Below the pieces are notes generated by a model. The model did no database searches. It was not told where the DNA came from and worked only from the letters and a program-made list of their open reading frames with translations. DNA of 64,000 bases from Gemmatimonadaceae bacterium (GTDB lineage: Bacteria > Gemmatimonadota > Gemmatimonadetes > Gemmatimonadales > Gemmatimonadaceae): the NCBI GenBank assembly GCA_051859245.1, contig JBHYGA010000005.1, positions 384,001 to 448,000 on the forward strand, written 5' to 3'. The translations under genes were made by a program, and so were the position numbers. This document shows, one piece after another, positions 31,545 through 41,409 of the stretch (positions are counted from its first letter, which is position 1; each line of letters starts with the position of its first letter).

Positions 31545-32222
31545 ATGTCGATGATCAACTACGCGTCCCGCGAAATCAATTGCAAAATTGTGTACTACGG
31601 CCCGGGACTCGGTGGCAAGACCACCAATCTCGAGTTCATTTACGGCAAAGTGTCGCCGAGTACGCGCGGCAAACTGATTTCGCTCGCAACGGAAACAGAA
31701 CGCACGCTGTTCTTTGATTTCTTGCCGGTTGACCTTGGTACGATTCGCGGTTTTCGCACGCGATTCCATTTGTACACCGTGCCGGGCCAGGTGTACTACA
31801 ACGCCAGCCGCAAGCTCATTCTCAAGGGCGTCGATGGCGTGGTGTTTGTGGCCGATTCGCAGAGCGACCGCATGGAAGCGAATCTGGAGAGCATGCAGAA
31901 TCTGTACGACAACATGTCGGCGTACGGCTATGATCTCACGCGCATGCCGTTTGTGATTCAGTACAACAAGCGTGATCTCCCGAATGCGTCGCCACTCGGT
32001 TCGCTGAAGGAGATGCTGAATCCGGGCTGGGAAGTGCTCGAGTCGTCGCGTCAGCGTCCCCTGGCCAATCCGTTCGCGCCGGGTGACATGCTCGTGTCGC
32101 AACTGCCCACCGGAGAGTGGGTGGAGAAGGCGCCGGAGTTCGAGGCGGTGGCCGTCACGGGCGACGGTGTGTTTGATACGCTCAAAGCTGTCTCGAAACT
32201 CGTGCTCAAGACGCTCGCCTGA
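31545..32222 (+). CDS. mglA: MglA small GTPase
   Basis: [46 protein letters not shown]. Confidence 0.95.
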   Translation: MSMINYASREINCKIVYYGPGLGGKTTNLEFIYGKVSPSTRGKLISLATETERTLFFDFLPVDLGTIRGFRTRFHLYTVPGQVYYNASRKLILKGVDGVVFVADSQSDRMEANLESMQNLYDNMSAYGYDLTRMPFVIQYNKRDLPNASPLGSLKEMLNPGWEVLESSRQRPLANPFAPGDMLVSQLPTGEWVEKAPEFEAVAVTGDGVFDTLKAVSKLVLKTLA

Positions 32223-32301
32223 TTCAGGGCGTGGGGTGTAGATTACCCCACGCTCGTGCGGCCGCGCCGGTCGCTCTGTCGGTGCCCTCCGCGAGGCGTC
32301 T

Positions 32302-32982
32302 GTGAATCTCCCCAATGCGATCACTGTCGGCCGAATTGCGCTGACCCCTTTGATCGCCTGGCTGCCCTTTTCCACCTCGTGGACGGCGCGCCTGGTGGGC
32401 TTCACGCTGTTTCTGATCGCCGCCATCACTGACTGGTGGGATGGCCACATCGCCCGCACGCAGAATCTTGTCACGGATCTGGGCCGACTGCTCGATCCGC
32501 TCGCCGATAAACTGCTGCTCGTGGCCACGCTGGTCCCGATGTATTTGCTGCAATCGCATTACACGTTCATCGCGCCACTCACCGGCGTATTGCCCGAGCC
32601 GTCGGCGTTCTTGTTCGTCACACCGATTGGTCGGGTGTCATTGCCGGGTTGGATTGTCGCGGTGGTGATCGGACGCGAAGTGTTCATGACGCTCTTCCGT
32701 TCACTCGCCGCGAGACGCGGCATCGTGATCAGTTCGATCGGTCCCGCCAAGTGGAAAACAGGTTTCCAGAGTGTGTGGACGGGCGCGGCGTTCTTCTGGT
32801 TTTTCGCGCGCACCCTCGCCGGCGCTGAAGGCTGGCTCGAGGAAACGTGGTGGGCTTACTTCGCGCACTTCAATGGACTCACGGGGTTGGTGACCATGAC
32901 CGCCGCCGTCGGGCTTACGCTCTGGTCATTGGCGCTCTATTTAATGCGGTACGGGCCGGCGTTTCTGAAGGCGCGAGGCTAG
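32302..32982 (+). CDS. pgsA: CDP-alcohol phosphatidyltransferase (PgsA-like)
   Basis: MNLPNAIT..R, TDWWDGHIAR...GRLLDPLADKLL; synteny with cinA. Confidence 0.85.
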   Translation: MNLPNAITVGRIALTPLIAWLPFSTSWTARLVGFTLFLIAAITDWWDGHIARTQNLVTDLGRLLDPLADKLLLVATLVPMYLLQSHYTFIAPLTGVLPEPSAFLFVTPIGRVSLPGWIVAVVIGREVFMTLFRSLAARRGIVISSIGPAKWKTGFQSVWTGAAFFWFFARTLAGAEGWLEETWWAYFAHFNGLTGLVTMTAAVGLTLWSLALYLMRYGPAFLKARG

Positions 32983-33384
32983 CCGCGACTCGGCGCTGAA
33001 GTACGATGCGCGTCGGTTGATCAGGCGCGCGGTTCCGTTCTTTATCAGCGGCACGTGAAAATTCAAGAGCAGTCCGAGCGGACTATCGCTCAGTCGCAAG
33101 TAGGAGAGCAGCTGCGCCAGATGCAGCGGCTGCATGCGAGATACCGCCTTGAGCTCGACGATTACGAGCGATTCGACGCGCATGTCGATACGGTAACCAA
33201 TATCAAGCACGATGCCATGTTACCGAAGCCCAAGCTGAATGTTCTCTTCCACTACCAATCCGCGCTTGCGAAGCTCGTGGCTGAGGCAAGCCTGATAGGC
33301 GCTCTCGAGGAGCCCGGGGCCGAGCGCGGTGTGCACTCTCAGTGCCGCGTCTACGATCTGACCAGAGATGTCATTCAGCTTCAT
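32941..33384 (-). pseudogene. GxxExxY protein gene with an in-frame TAA
   Basis: LGPGLLESAY in the 5' part and YRID...VELK...QLLSY...GLLLNF in the 3' part, same frame; TAA at 33220-33222 in the context LGLR*HG. Confidence 0.85.
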
Positions 33385-33495
33385 TTTGAAGTTCCTGAGT
33401 TTGCGTGATGTGAAACTCGCCAACTCAAAACTCTCAAACACCGTCATCTCATCGTCTGATAACCAATCAGAAAAAATTCAGCGAGGCCATTCGCC

Positions 33496-33662
33496 TTCCT
33501 GCCTCCTGCGGGTTGTCTCTGCGTCTCTGCGTCTCTGCGTTCAAAGTAGTTCACGCAGCCGGCGATTCCGCGAACTCGCAGCGAAGACGAGCACCGCAAA
33601 CTGCTTTGAACGCAGAGACGCAGAGACGCAGAGACGCAGAGACTGCATGCAATTGGCAGGAA
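33496..33662. repeat. Inverted repeat with 8-nt periodic arms (repeat family B) upstream of the GxxExxY pseudogene
   Basis: (GTCTCTGC)3-GTTCAAAG versus CTTTGAAC-(GCAGAGAC)4; outer TTCCTGCC/GGCAGGAA. Confidence 0.9.
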
Positions 33663-33731
33663 ACGAAACTGATGGTCGGCTAGCGTCGGGGTTGAGTCGC
33701 CTGCTGAACCGCGCTCCGTTATTTTTTGTCA

Positions 33732-35036
33732 ATGGACATCGAACTCCTCACCATTGGCGACGAACTCCTCCTCGGATTCACCGTCGACACGAACTCCGCG
33801 CACATCGCACGCGTCCTCGCTGACTTCGGGGTGCGCGTAGTCCGACGCACAACGGTTGGCGACGAGCCGGACCACATTGTCAGTGCGCTCAACGACGCGC
33901 TTGATCGCACGGGCGCCGTGATCACCACTGGTGGGCTCGGTCCAACCACCGATGACCGCACACACGAAAGCATTGCACGCGCATATGATCGTGAGCTGGT
34001 GCTCGACGAAACGGGGCTGGCCGCACTGAGTCATCGCTGGGAAAAGCGCTTCGGCAAACCCATGCCCGAAAGCAACCGCCGACAGTTCCTGCTGCCCGCG
34101 AACGCCCACGTGCTGCGCAACTCCCAGGGCTCAGCACCCGGCACGTGGACCGAAGATGCACACGGTCGTTGGGTTGCCACGATGCCCGGTGTGCCACGCG
34201 AAATGCGCGCCATGCTCGCGGAGTCCATCGTGCCGCGCATCAAGGAACGATTGCAGCGCGATGGCCGTGAGGAACACACGCGCACGGTGATCCGATCGCG
34301 CACGCTCCGCACCACCGGCATTTCTGAATCGGCGGTGGCCGATCATCTCGCCGAGTTGCGTCGCGCGGTACACGACATTCCGCTGGCCTACTTGCCAGGA
34401 CTCGACGGCGTCGATCTGCGACTTACGGTAAGCGAACTCAACTCCGCAAACGCGGATGAAGCACTCGCGCGCGCCGCCAACACGATTCGTGAACGCGTCG
34501 GGCGCTGGATTTACGGTGAAAACGACGACGATCTTGCGGCGCTGGTGCTGAATGACCTCGGCGAACACGCACACAAAATTGCGGTCGCGGAAAGCTGCAC
34601 AGGTGGCTTGCTCGGCGCGCGACTCACGGCCGTACCGGGATCAAGTGCACACGTGCTCGGCGGCGTGATTGCGTACGATAATCGCATCAAGACCGAACAA
34701 CTCGGCGTGCCATCGGAGTTGATCGCCGAGCATGGCGCGGTCAGCGAAGCCGTCGCGCGTGCCATGGCTATCGGGGTGCGCGAACGTTTTGGCGCCGATG
34801 TTGGCGTGGGGATTACCGGCGTGGCCGGACCGTCTGGCGGCTCACCGGAAAAGCCTGTCGGTACCGTGTGGATTGCCGTTGACCTGCGCGGCGACGTCCA
34901 CGCCGTGAAGCCCGTGCTGCCGGGGGATCGCAACGAAATACGCCATCGCGCCACGCAGATAGCTCTTGAGCGCGTCCGGCGGGTATATGCAGGAGAGGCC
35001 AGCCTTCCAGGATGGACGGTGTCGGCCGATCGGTAG
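33732..35036 (+). CDS. cinA: CinA (NMN deamidase / competence-damage protein A)
   Basis: IGDELLLG..VDTNS, GGLGPTTDD, AESCTGG, GITGVAGP. Confidence 0.95.
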   Translation: MDIELLTIGDELLLGFTVDTNSAHIARVLADFGVRVVRRTTVGDEPDHIVSALNDALDRTGAVITTGGLGPTTDDRTHESIARAYDRELVLDETGLAALSHRWEKRFGKPMPESNRRQFLLPANAHVLRNSQGSAPGTWTEDAHGRWVATMPGVPREMRAMLAESIVPRIKERLQRDGREEHTRTVIRSRTLRTTGISESAVADHLAELRRAVHDIPLAYLPGLDGVDLRLTVSELNSANADEALARAANTIRERVGRWIYGENDDDLAALVLNDLGEHAHKIAVAESCTGGLLGARLTAVPGSSAHVLGGVIAYDNRIKTEQLGVPSELIAEHGAVSEAVARAMAIGVRERFGADVGVGITGVAGPSGGSPEKPVGTVWIAVDLRGDVHAVKPVLPGDRNEIRHRATQIALERVRRVYAGEASLPGWTVSADR

Positions 35037-35057
35037 GCAAATACCCGCGAGGTTCCC

Positions 35058-35552
35058 GTGCGCAAAACAGTGCAGTTCATGATGATCGGTTTGTTGGCGC
35101 TGGTGAGCGCATGCGGAGACGACGGGGGGACGGCACCGGGCATTCGAGAGCACCAGGAAGCCCAGCAGAAGTTCAATGCGCTTGGGCTCGTGTACTACAC
35201 GGTCGAGGCGCGGCAAATGTGCTTCTGTCCGGCTGGGTACGGCCTCTGGCATGAGATTACCGTGGCGAACAACGTGGTGATCGCGTCGCGACTGCTCGAA
35301 CCGCATCCACAGGGCGCCGAATTGCCGCCCGGCGCGCACCGAACCGTCCAGCAGACGTTCGAATTCGTGGCCGACTTTTTTTCGGATGGGTCCCGCGCAC
35401 GTCGCGGTGAACGACTCGAGGCCACCTACGACGCCGAGACCGGACTGCCACTCACGGTGGCGTACACCGCGGCCCCGGGCGTAGCCGATGGCGACGTGAC
35501 GTTCCAGTATCGGGCGCTCAAGCCGGGCCTCACGCAGCGCGTGCAGCGGTGA
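35058..35552 (+). CDS. Lipoprotein, DUF6174-like
   Basis: Lipobox VSAC; Y......CFC, YD..TGLP. Confidence 0.65.
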   Translation: MRKTVQFMMIGLLALVSACGDDGGTAPGIREHQEAQQKFNALGLVYYTVEARQMCFCPAGYGLWHEITVANNVVIASRLLEPHPQGAELPPGAHRTVQQTFEFVADFFSDGSRARRGERLEATYDAETGLPLTVAYTAAPGVADGDVTFQYRALKPGLTQRVQR

Positions 35553-36031
35553 GCGAAAGCGCCTGGGGAAGGCGTATGGTGAGCACGGCCGTGATCGCTG
35601 CGGTGGTTGCACTGCTCGCCTGCAGCGAAGGCGCGTTGGAGCCCGCGCCGATCACGGCGGTGAACGATGCGAACGCGCGCTGGCAGGCACTCGCGCTGAC
35701 GTCGTATCGAGTGGACGTCCGCCAGGAATGCTTCTGCTCACCTGACGACCAGAAATGGTACGAGGTGAGGGTCGTCAACAACTCGGTCAGGGAAGTGTGG
35801 CCTCTCGAACCCATCAATCCGGAAATATCGAGGCGACCACATTTCCCCACGATCAGCGAGGTGTACGGCCTGCTGGCCGCCGCGCCGCAACCGCCGACCA
35901 CGTTGTTTCGCGGCGAGTTTGACCCGCGAACGGGGCTGCCACTGCGCGTTTGGCTTGGGTACCCGTCGGCGAATGACAGCGGTGTGTACTACGAGTTCCG
36001 CAACCTGCGTGCTGGAACATCACAGCAGTGA
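35549..36031 (+). CDS. Lipoprotein, DUF6174-like (paralogue of the upstream gene)
   Basis: Lipobox LLAC; ARW....LTSY....QECFC, FDPRTGLP. Confidence 0.65.
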   Translation: MSESAWGRRMVSTAVIAAVVALLACSEGALEPAPITAVNDANARWQALALTSYRVDVRQECFCSPDDQKWYEVRVVNNSVREVWPLEPINPEISRRPHFPTISEVYGLLAAAPQPPTTLFRGEFDPRTGLPLRVWLGYPSANDSGVYYEFRNLRAGTSQQ

Positions 36032-36123
36032 CGAGCTGAGCCGCGTAGATTGGGCCTAGAGACTGCATTCGGGCATCGGCTTCGGCCGAGTGTCCGCTGG
36101 TACTCCTCCTTGCCCCCGCCCCA

Positions 36124-37221
36124 ATGTCCGCCCCATCCGTATTCTTCGCGCGCCTGACGTCCGCAGCCCTGTTCGGCGCGCTCGTCACGGCTCCTGTGCA
36201 GGCGCAGGCCGCTGCCGGTGCACCGCAGCGCGCTCGTCAGGTGGTCCCGATGGATTCCGCGCGCGCCGCCGCGCTGTACGTGAGCAACCGTCACGAAGAT
36301 CATCCGGTTTCGAACTACGAATCCGCAATCGCCGGTAAGAAGGTGACGGATTCGATCTTTGCCGCGCGCAGCGTGGGCAAAATGACGTACAGCAAAATCA
36401 AGTACAAATCGCGTCCGGACGGGCTCGAAATTCCGGCCTACGTGTTTGGCCCGCTTACGCCGCGCGGCCCCGCCGCCCATGCCGCCATGGTGTGGGTGCA
36501 CGGCGGCGTACACGGCAACTGGGATCAGAACTACCTGCCGTTCATCATCGAGGCCGTCAAACGCGGCTATGTGATCATCGCACCCGATTACCGCGGCAGC
36601 ACCGGGTACGGAAAAGAGTTTCACAATCTGATCGACTACGGCGGCTACGAAGTCGACGACGTGCTGAGCGCCTACGACTATCTCAAAACGGTGCCGCACG
36701 TGGACACCACACGCGTTGCTGTGATGGGCTGGAGCCACGGCGGCTTTATCACTGCGCATCTGCAGTTCAGAAGCCAGACGCCGTTCAAGGCGGGCGTGGC
36801 CATGGTGCCGGTCACCAATCTCTTTTTCCGCTTGTCGTACAAGGGGCCGAGCTACCAGCGCTCGTTCTCCACGCAGTCACGCCTGCAGGGGTTGCCCTTC
36901 GAGCAGCGTGAGGAGTACAAGCGTCGGTCGCCGTACTACCACGTGGACAGCCTCAATACGCCGCTCCTGGTGCACGTGGCTACGAACGATACGGACGTGA
37001 ACTTTGAAGAAGCCGAGCCCTTGATCGACGCGCTCCGGGCCCGCAAGCCGCATCTCGCGGAGACCAAGATTTACGTGGACCCCACGCCCGGCCCGGCTAG
37101 CGTTGGCCATACGTTCAACCGCAACGTGAACCGGCAGACCCTCGAGCTGAATGATTCGCCCGAGCAGACGGACAGCTGGAATCTGACGTGGGCGTTTCTC
37201 GAGAAATGGCTCAAGCCGTGA
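36124..37221 (+). CDS. S9 family secreted peptidase (alpha/beta hydrolase)
   Basis: VHGG, DYRGSTGYG, nucleophile motif GWSHGG. Confidence 0.9.
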   Translation: MSAPSVFFARLTSAALFGALVTAPVQAQAAAGAPQRARQVVPMDSARAAALYVSNRHEDHPVSNYESAIAGKKVTDSIFAARSVGKMTYSKIKYKSRPDGLEIPAYVFGPLTPRGPAAHAAMVWVHGGVHGNWDQNYLPFIIEAVKRGYVIIAPDYRGSTGYGKEFHNLIDYGGYEVDDVLSAYDYLKTVPHVDTTRVAVMGWSHGGFITAHLQFRSQTPFKAGVAMVPVTNLFFRLSYKGPSYQRSFSTQSRLQGLPFEQREEYKRRSPYYHVDSLNTPLLVHVATNDTDVNFEEAEPLIDALRARKPHLAETKIYVDPTPGPASVGHTFNRNVNRQTLELNDSPEQTDSWNLTWAFLEKWLKP

Positions 37222-37331
37222 TTGTTGGCTGGCCGGTTGTGCCGCGGGTCGTGCAGTGAAAACTTTGTGGATGCGTCCGGCGTACGGCCCTCACGGGGCC
37301 GTCGCCCCCGCGTCACCCGAAACAACTGCTC

Positions 37332-37889
37332 ATGACTGACCCGACCTCTCCGGACACTCCCGCGTCGCAGGCCGTAGACGCCTCGGCTGCTGATACGACG
37401 CCCGACATCACCACTGAAATCGTCACTGGCGACGAGGCGCTGCGCCGCGAAGTTGAAGAAACACGCGACCGCATGCTTCGCGTGGCCGCCGAGTTTGACA
37501 ACTTCCGCAAGCGTGCAGTTCGTGAGCGTCAGGAAGCCGGCTGGCGCGCGCAGGGAGAACTTGTGCGCGGTCTGCTGGATGCGCTCGACGACTTGTCACG
37601 CTTTGGATCGGTGGATCCGAGCACGATGGATTCCAAGAGTGTGATCGACGGCGTCTCCATGGTCGAAAAAAAGATCATGAAGTCGCTGGCCGGTCATGGA
37701 TTTGAATCCATCAATCCCATCGATCATCCGTTCGATCCGAATCTGCACGAAGCGCTCGGCACCGCGCCGGCGGAATCGGAAGAGCAGGATGGATTGGTGG
37801 CCTCGGTTTATCAGGTGGGCTACGTGATCAACGGACATCTGTTGCGACCGGCGCGCGTGTTGGTGCGCCAGTGGAGTAGCGGCAACTAG
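37332..37889 (+). CDS. grpE: Nucleotide exchange factor GrpE
   Basis: AEFDNFRKR, FDPNLHEA, GY....LLRPARV. Confidence 0.95.
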   Translation: MTDPTSPDTPASQAVDASAADTTPDITTEIVTGDEALRREVEETRDRMLRVAAEFDNFRKRAVRERQEAGWRAQGELVRGLLDALDDLSRFGSVDPSTMDSKSVIDGVSMVEKKIMKSLAGHGFESINPIDHPFDPNLHEALGTAPAESEEQDGLVASVYQVGYVINGHLLRPARVLVRQWSSGN

Positions 37890-37890
37890 A

Positions 37891-39030
37891 ATGGCCCAAG
37901 GCAAGGACTTTTACGCGATACTCGGTGTGGCGGCATCGGCGTCTGCCGATGAGATCAAGAAGCAGTACCGTCGCCTTGCCAAGCAGTATCATCCCGACAG
38001 CAACGCGGGCGATCCCAAAGCATCCGAACGCTTCAAGGAAATTTCTGAAGCGTACGGAACGCTTGGTGATGCCGAGAAGCGCAAGCAATACGACGAACTG
38101 CGCAGACTTGGCGCGTTCGGCGGGTTTGGTACGCATCGCAGCAGCACGTCACGACCCGGTGCATCGAGTGGTATGGGTGCACGTCCCGGTGGTGCGCGTC
38201 CCGGTGCCAGCAGCTCCACGTTTGATTTTGACGTGGGCGGCATTGGTGGACTCGGTGATTTGTTCAGCACCATGTTTGGCGCTGGCGGAAAACGTTCGCG
38301 TGGTCCGGAGCAGGGGCAAACAATTGAGCGCACCGTCGACGTGCCGTTTCGTGTGGCCGTGACGGGTGGCAAAGTACCGGTTGAGCTCGAAGTGCAGGAA
38401 GAGTGTGCGACATGTCGCGGCAGTGGTGGTGCACCAGGCGCCACCGTCAAAACCTGCGAAGAGTGCAGCGGGCGTGGTGTGATTTCATTTGGACAGGGCG
38501 GCTTTGCCGTGAATCGTCCGTGTCCGGCGTGCATGGGCCGTGGACAGATTCCGAGTGAGCGTTGTCCAACGTGTACCGGTGTTGGCAGTGTGCGCGCGCG
38601 TCGCAAAGTGTTGATCACCGTGCCAGCGGGTGCTGAGAGCGGACTCAAGCTGAGTTTGCGCGGGCAGGGTGGACGCGGTGCAGCCGGCGGTCAGCCCGGT
38701 GATCTGGTCGTCACGTTTCAGGTGCAACCTGATCGTTTTTACACACGCGATGGACTGGACCTCATTGCGACCGTGCCAATCAATGTGGCGCAAGCAACGC
38801 TCGGTTCACGTGTGAGTGTCAAGACGATTACCGGCAAGAAAGTGACCGTGCGCATTCCCGCAGGAACACCTTCCGGCAAACGTTTTCGTGTGCCGGGGCA
38901 AGGCGTTGAGAAAGACGGCAAGACGGGCGATCTGTTGGTCGAAGTGGCGATCACGGTGCCGGAAACGCTGAACGAGGCGCAAGAGAAAGCGATGCGCGAC
39001 TTTGCGGAGGCGAGTGGGCTCAAGTATTGA
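37891..39030 (+). CDS. dnaJ: Chaperone DnaJ
   Basis: J domain with HPD, G/F-rich region, four CxxCxGxG repeats. Confidence 0.95.
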   Translation: MAQGKDFYAILGVAASASADEIKKQYRRLAKQYHPDSNAGDPKASERFKEISEAYGTLGDAEKRKQYDELRRLGAFGGFGTHRSSTSRPGASSGMGARPGGARPGASSSTFDFDVGGIGGLGDLFSTMFGAGGKRSRGPEQGQTIERTVDVPFRVAVTGGKVPVELEVQEECATCRGSGGAPGATVKTCEECSGRGVISFGQGGFAVNRPCPACMGRGQIPSERCPTCTGVGSVRARRKVLITVPAGAESGLKLSLRGQGGRGAAGGQPGDLVVTFQVQPDRFYTRDGLDLIATVPINVAQATLGSRVSVKTITGKKVTVRIPAGTPSGKRFRVPGQGVEKDGKTGDLLVEVAITVPETLNEAQEKAMRDFAEASGLKY

Positions 39031-39049
39031 GCGCGGGCGTGGACCGCGT

Positions 39050-39607
39050 GTGCGTCGACCGCGTGTGCGTTGCGCGCGTGCGCTGGCAACGTTGCTGGGC
39101 ACCGCGTTGTTGAGCGGAGTTAGCGCACTCTCGCCCGCGATGTTGTCGGCGCAACAGTCGCCCTCTCCGCGCGGTATTCTGAGCGGCGCTGTGGATGACG
39201 CGGACGACACACGCTGGCGCGCAGCGCGTTGTTTGCTCGGCGTTTCGTACGGCGCCCCGCTGCGTTTGTACGTCGCCGCAGCGGCAGGTGTGCGTCGCGC
39301 ATATGAATCGCGCACGGTATGCGCCTACGGCGCCGCACACGTTGGACTCGGCGGCGCGCGCGGATCACTCGGCACTGCGGTTACGCTCGGTCGCTACGGC
39401 AGCGCACTCGGCGTGAGTGGTGGACTGCTGCGCACATTCGGAAATCCCGGAGGGGACGCCGATCCACGTCGCAATTACGTGGGCGGTAGTGTGCATGTGT
39501 GGCCGGCGCTCGCCGTGCATACGGAGTTTGGTGCGTACACGCGTTTATCGCGCGCGGGTGAGGCGGCGCAGCGCTTTCTCGTTTGGAGTGTTGGGTTCGG
39601 GTACTGA
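39050..39607 (+). CDS. Hypothetical secreted / outer-membrane beta-barrel-like protein
   Basis: Signal peptide; alternating strands ending WSVGFGY; start uncertain. Confidence 0.55.
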   Translation: MRRPRVRCARALATLLGTALLSGVSALSPAMLSAQQSPSPRGILSGAVDDADDTRWRAARCLLGVSYGAPLRLYVAAAAGVRRAYESRTVCAYGAAHVGLGGARGSLGTAVTLGRYGSALGVSGGLLRTFGNPGGDADPRRNYVGGSVHVWPALAVHTEFGAYTRLSRAGEAAQRFLVWSVGFGY

Positions 39608-39828
39608 CGCGAATTCACATGTACGCCGTTGTGCTCTCCGAGGCGCCCTCTCATTGTGCGATTTTCACGCCTACCCGCGCACGTGCAACTGAAACCGATG
39701 AGTTCGCCATGCGCTGTTGCCCTGCAAGATCGTTACGCTTGAGGATGCGCGAGGGCGTCGGTTTTGTATTGACGGCATAAATCCGGCGCGGTATGCTGAA
39801 TCCATGAGTGCAACATCTGAGCTAGATC

Positions 39829-39881
39829 GCGCAACGGCGCAACGGCGCAACGGCGCAACGGCGCAACGGCGCAAGGGCGCA
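39829..39881. repeat. 8-nt tandem repeat (GCGCAACG)5 plus one degenerate unit
   Basis: Read directly from the sequence; ends 16 nt before the island lipoprotein gene. Confidence 0.9.
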
Positions 39882-39897
39882 GCGCTGGAGCGCAGTG

Positions 39898-41409
39898 ATG
39901 CGCTACGCGACATGGGGCGTTTTACTGCTTCTGGTGCTGGGTTGCGACGCGAGCGCACCCACGCGCGACCAGTCTGAGACGAGGACGGCGCGAGCGGTTA
40001 GCGCTCCTGACACGCTTACTGCGCGCGCGTCTGTCACCGAGTGCAGCGATCCGGCATGTGAACCACCGCCACCAAGGCCCTGGTCGTGGTCCGTGATCGT
40101 GGGGCGCGGAACGGACGCAGCTGCGCGAGACAGCTCAGCAGAGGTGCTCAGTTTTCCTTCGCGTACGAGAGTCCGAATACGAGCTAGCGGCAGCATTGCC
40201 CGTTCATACAACCCTGCCATTGCTACGACGTTTCCCCAGTATACGGGCTATTTCCCTCCCATTGATGCCGACGGCGAGTGGTTAGGGTCTGACAAATCTG
40301 CCTTCCTCTTCACGAACTTCACAGGCACAGGTGTGCTTGGCTTAACGCTGCTTCGAACTCCGACATGGGGGAGCGGAAACAGTCAGCACGATGCCACTGC
40401 AGCTGAGTATGAGGTCTCTGGGGTCGTACGTGGCACTGGGCGGATTGTCAGGCAGGGGTTTCTCCAGCCTATGAATCCCGGCCCGCCCGCCTGCAATGGC
40501 GTGACCGGAATACCATGCGTTCTAGCAGCCGGCGGCCAACATACCGTGGTTGTCGAGATTATCGCGCAGCAGCTCTCGCTAACAGCCTCACCCGATAGCA
40601 TCACTGTTGGCGATAGCGTGACCTTCACTGCGACGGCGACGTCGTCGCTTGCGGTGCTTGAGTGGAAATGGCAGCCAAGTTTGTCTGCTGCGACGCATAC
40701 GCCGGTGAATCTCTGTTCTGCGGGGCAGTCCACCTGCAGGATCCCCGTGTTCGAACCAGGCACGATGTACGTGCTTGCGACCGTCGGTACCGGTAGCTCC
40801 GCGACGCGTGAAGTCGCAGGGGACAGCGTCGCAGCAGCTGACCCGGTGTATCCGCCGGTGACGTGTCCAACGGGTGAACCGCTGCTCGACCTTGGCGCTT
40901 CGCGTGAGATTCTGCGCGAAGTGATGAAGCGTACCGACAGCATTACACCCAAGGTCGAATGGGCGGGGTACGTATACCAACTGCCCGGTGGTCAATATCG
41001 GTTTAAGGTGGACACGCTGGCGGCGAATGACTGTTCCAGCTCATCCGCGAGCGCCGCCGCGCCTCCGGGCTGGACTCAGGTGCTGCTTGTACACTCGCAT
41101 CCGGCGGCGCCGGGGCGTGGAATCTGTGGAATGGGAGAACGAGCCCGACGCGGACCTCATGGCGGCCTTTTCTCACCAGGCGACTGGGACTTGGCTGATC
41201 CCACATATCACAATCCCGCCGTTGCGATCGCAGTGATTGATCCCTCAAGTATTGCCTTGGGAAAACCGGCTGCCTGGGAGAACACCGTTAGGGTGAGGAA
41301 TCGAAGAGACACAAGCGTCTTTTATAATCGAAAAGTGCCCAGCAAATCACAGTTCGACCAACACTACGCCGAGTTCAAGAGAAAGGAGGGGGCATGCAAC
41401 CGACCATAA
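39898..41409 (+). CDS. Lipoprotein with Ig-like region and C-terminal JAB/MPN-like (DUF4329-like) domain; putative toxin/effector
   Basis: Lipobox VLGC; Ig-like LSLTASPDSITVGDSVTFTA; EWAG...VHSHP...FSPGD. Confidence 0.65.
   Translation: MRYATWGVLLLLVLGCDASAPTRDQSETRTARAVSAPDTLTARASVTECSDPACEPPPPRPWSWSVIVGRGTDAAARDSSAEVLSFPSRTRVRIRASGSIARSYNPAIATTFPQYTGYFPPIDADGEWLGSDKSAFLFTNFTGTGVLGLTLLRTPTWGSGNSQHDATAAEYEVSGVVRGTGRIVRQGFLQPMNPGPPACNGVTGIPCVLAAGGQHTVVVEIIAQQLSLTASPDSITVGDSVTFTATATSSLAVLEWKWQPSLSAATHTPVNLCSAGQSTCRIPVFEPGTMYVLATVGTGSSATREVAGDSVAAADPVYPPVTCPTGEPLLDLGASREILREVMKRTDSITPKVEWAGYVYQLPGGQYRFKVDTLAANDCSSSSASAAAPPGWTQVLLVHSHPAAPGRGICGMGERARRGPHGGLFSPGDWDLADPTYHNPAVAIAVIDPSSIALGKPAAWENTVRVRNRRDTSVFYNRKVPSKSQFDQHYAEFKRKEGACNRP

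Noticed and set aside
33220..33222. Stop-codon readthrough or recoding in the GxxExxY gene
   Set aside because: The codon is TAA, which other genes here use as a normal stop; a nonsense mutation is the simpler explanation.
33496..33662. Repeats as a CRISPR array or attC sites
   Set aside because: No direct repeat-spacer periodicity, no cas or integrase gene, and no RYYYAAC/GTTRRRY cassette series.
37222..37331. CIRCE element upstream of grpE-dnaJ
   Set aside because: No TTAGCACTC-N9-GAGTGCTAA present; the absence of dnaK here is unremarkable.
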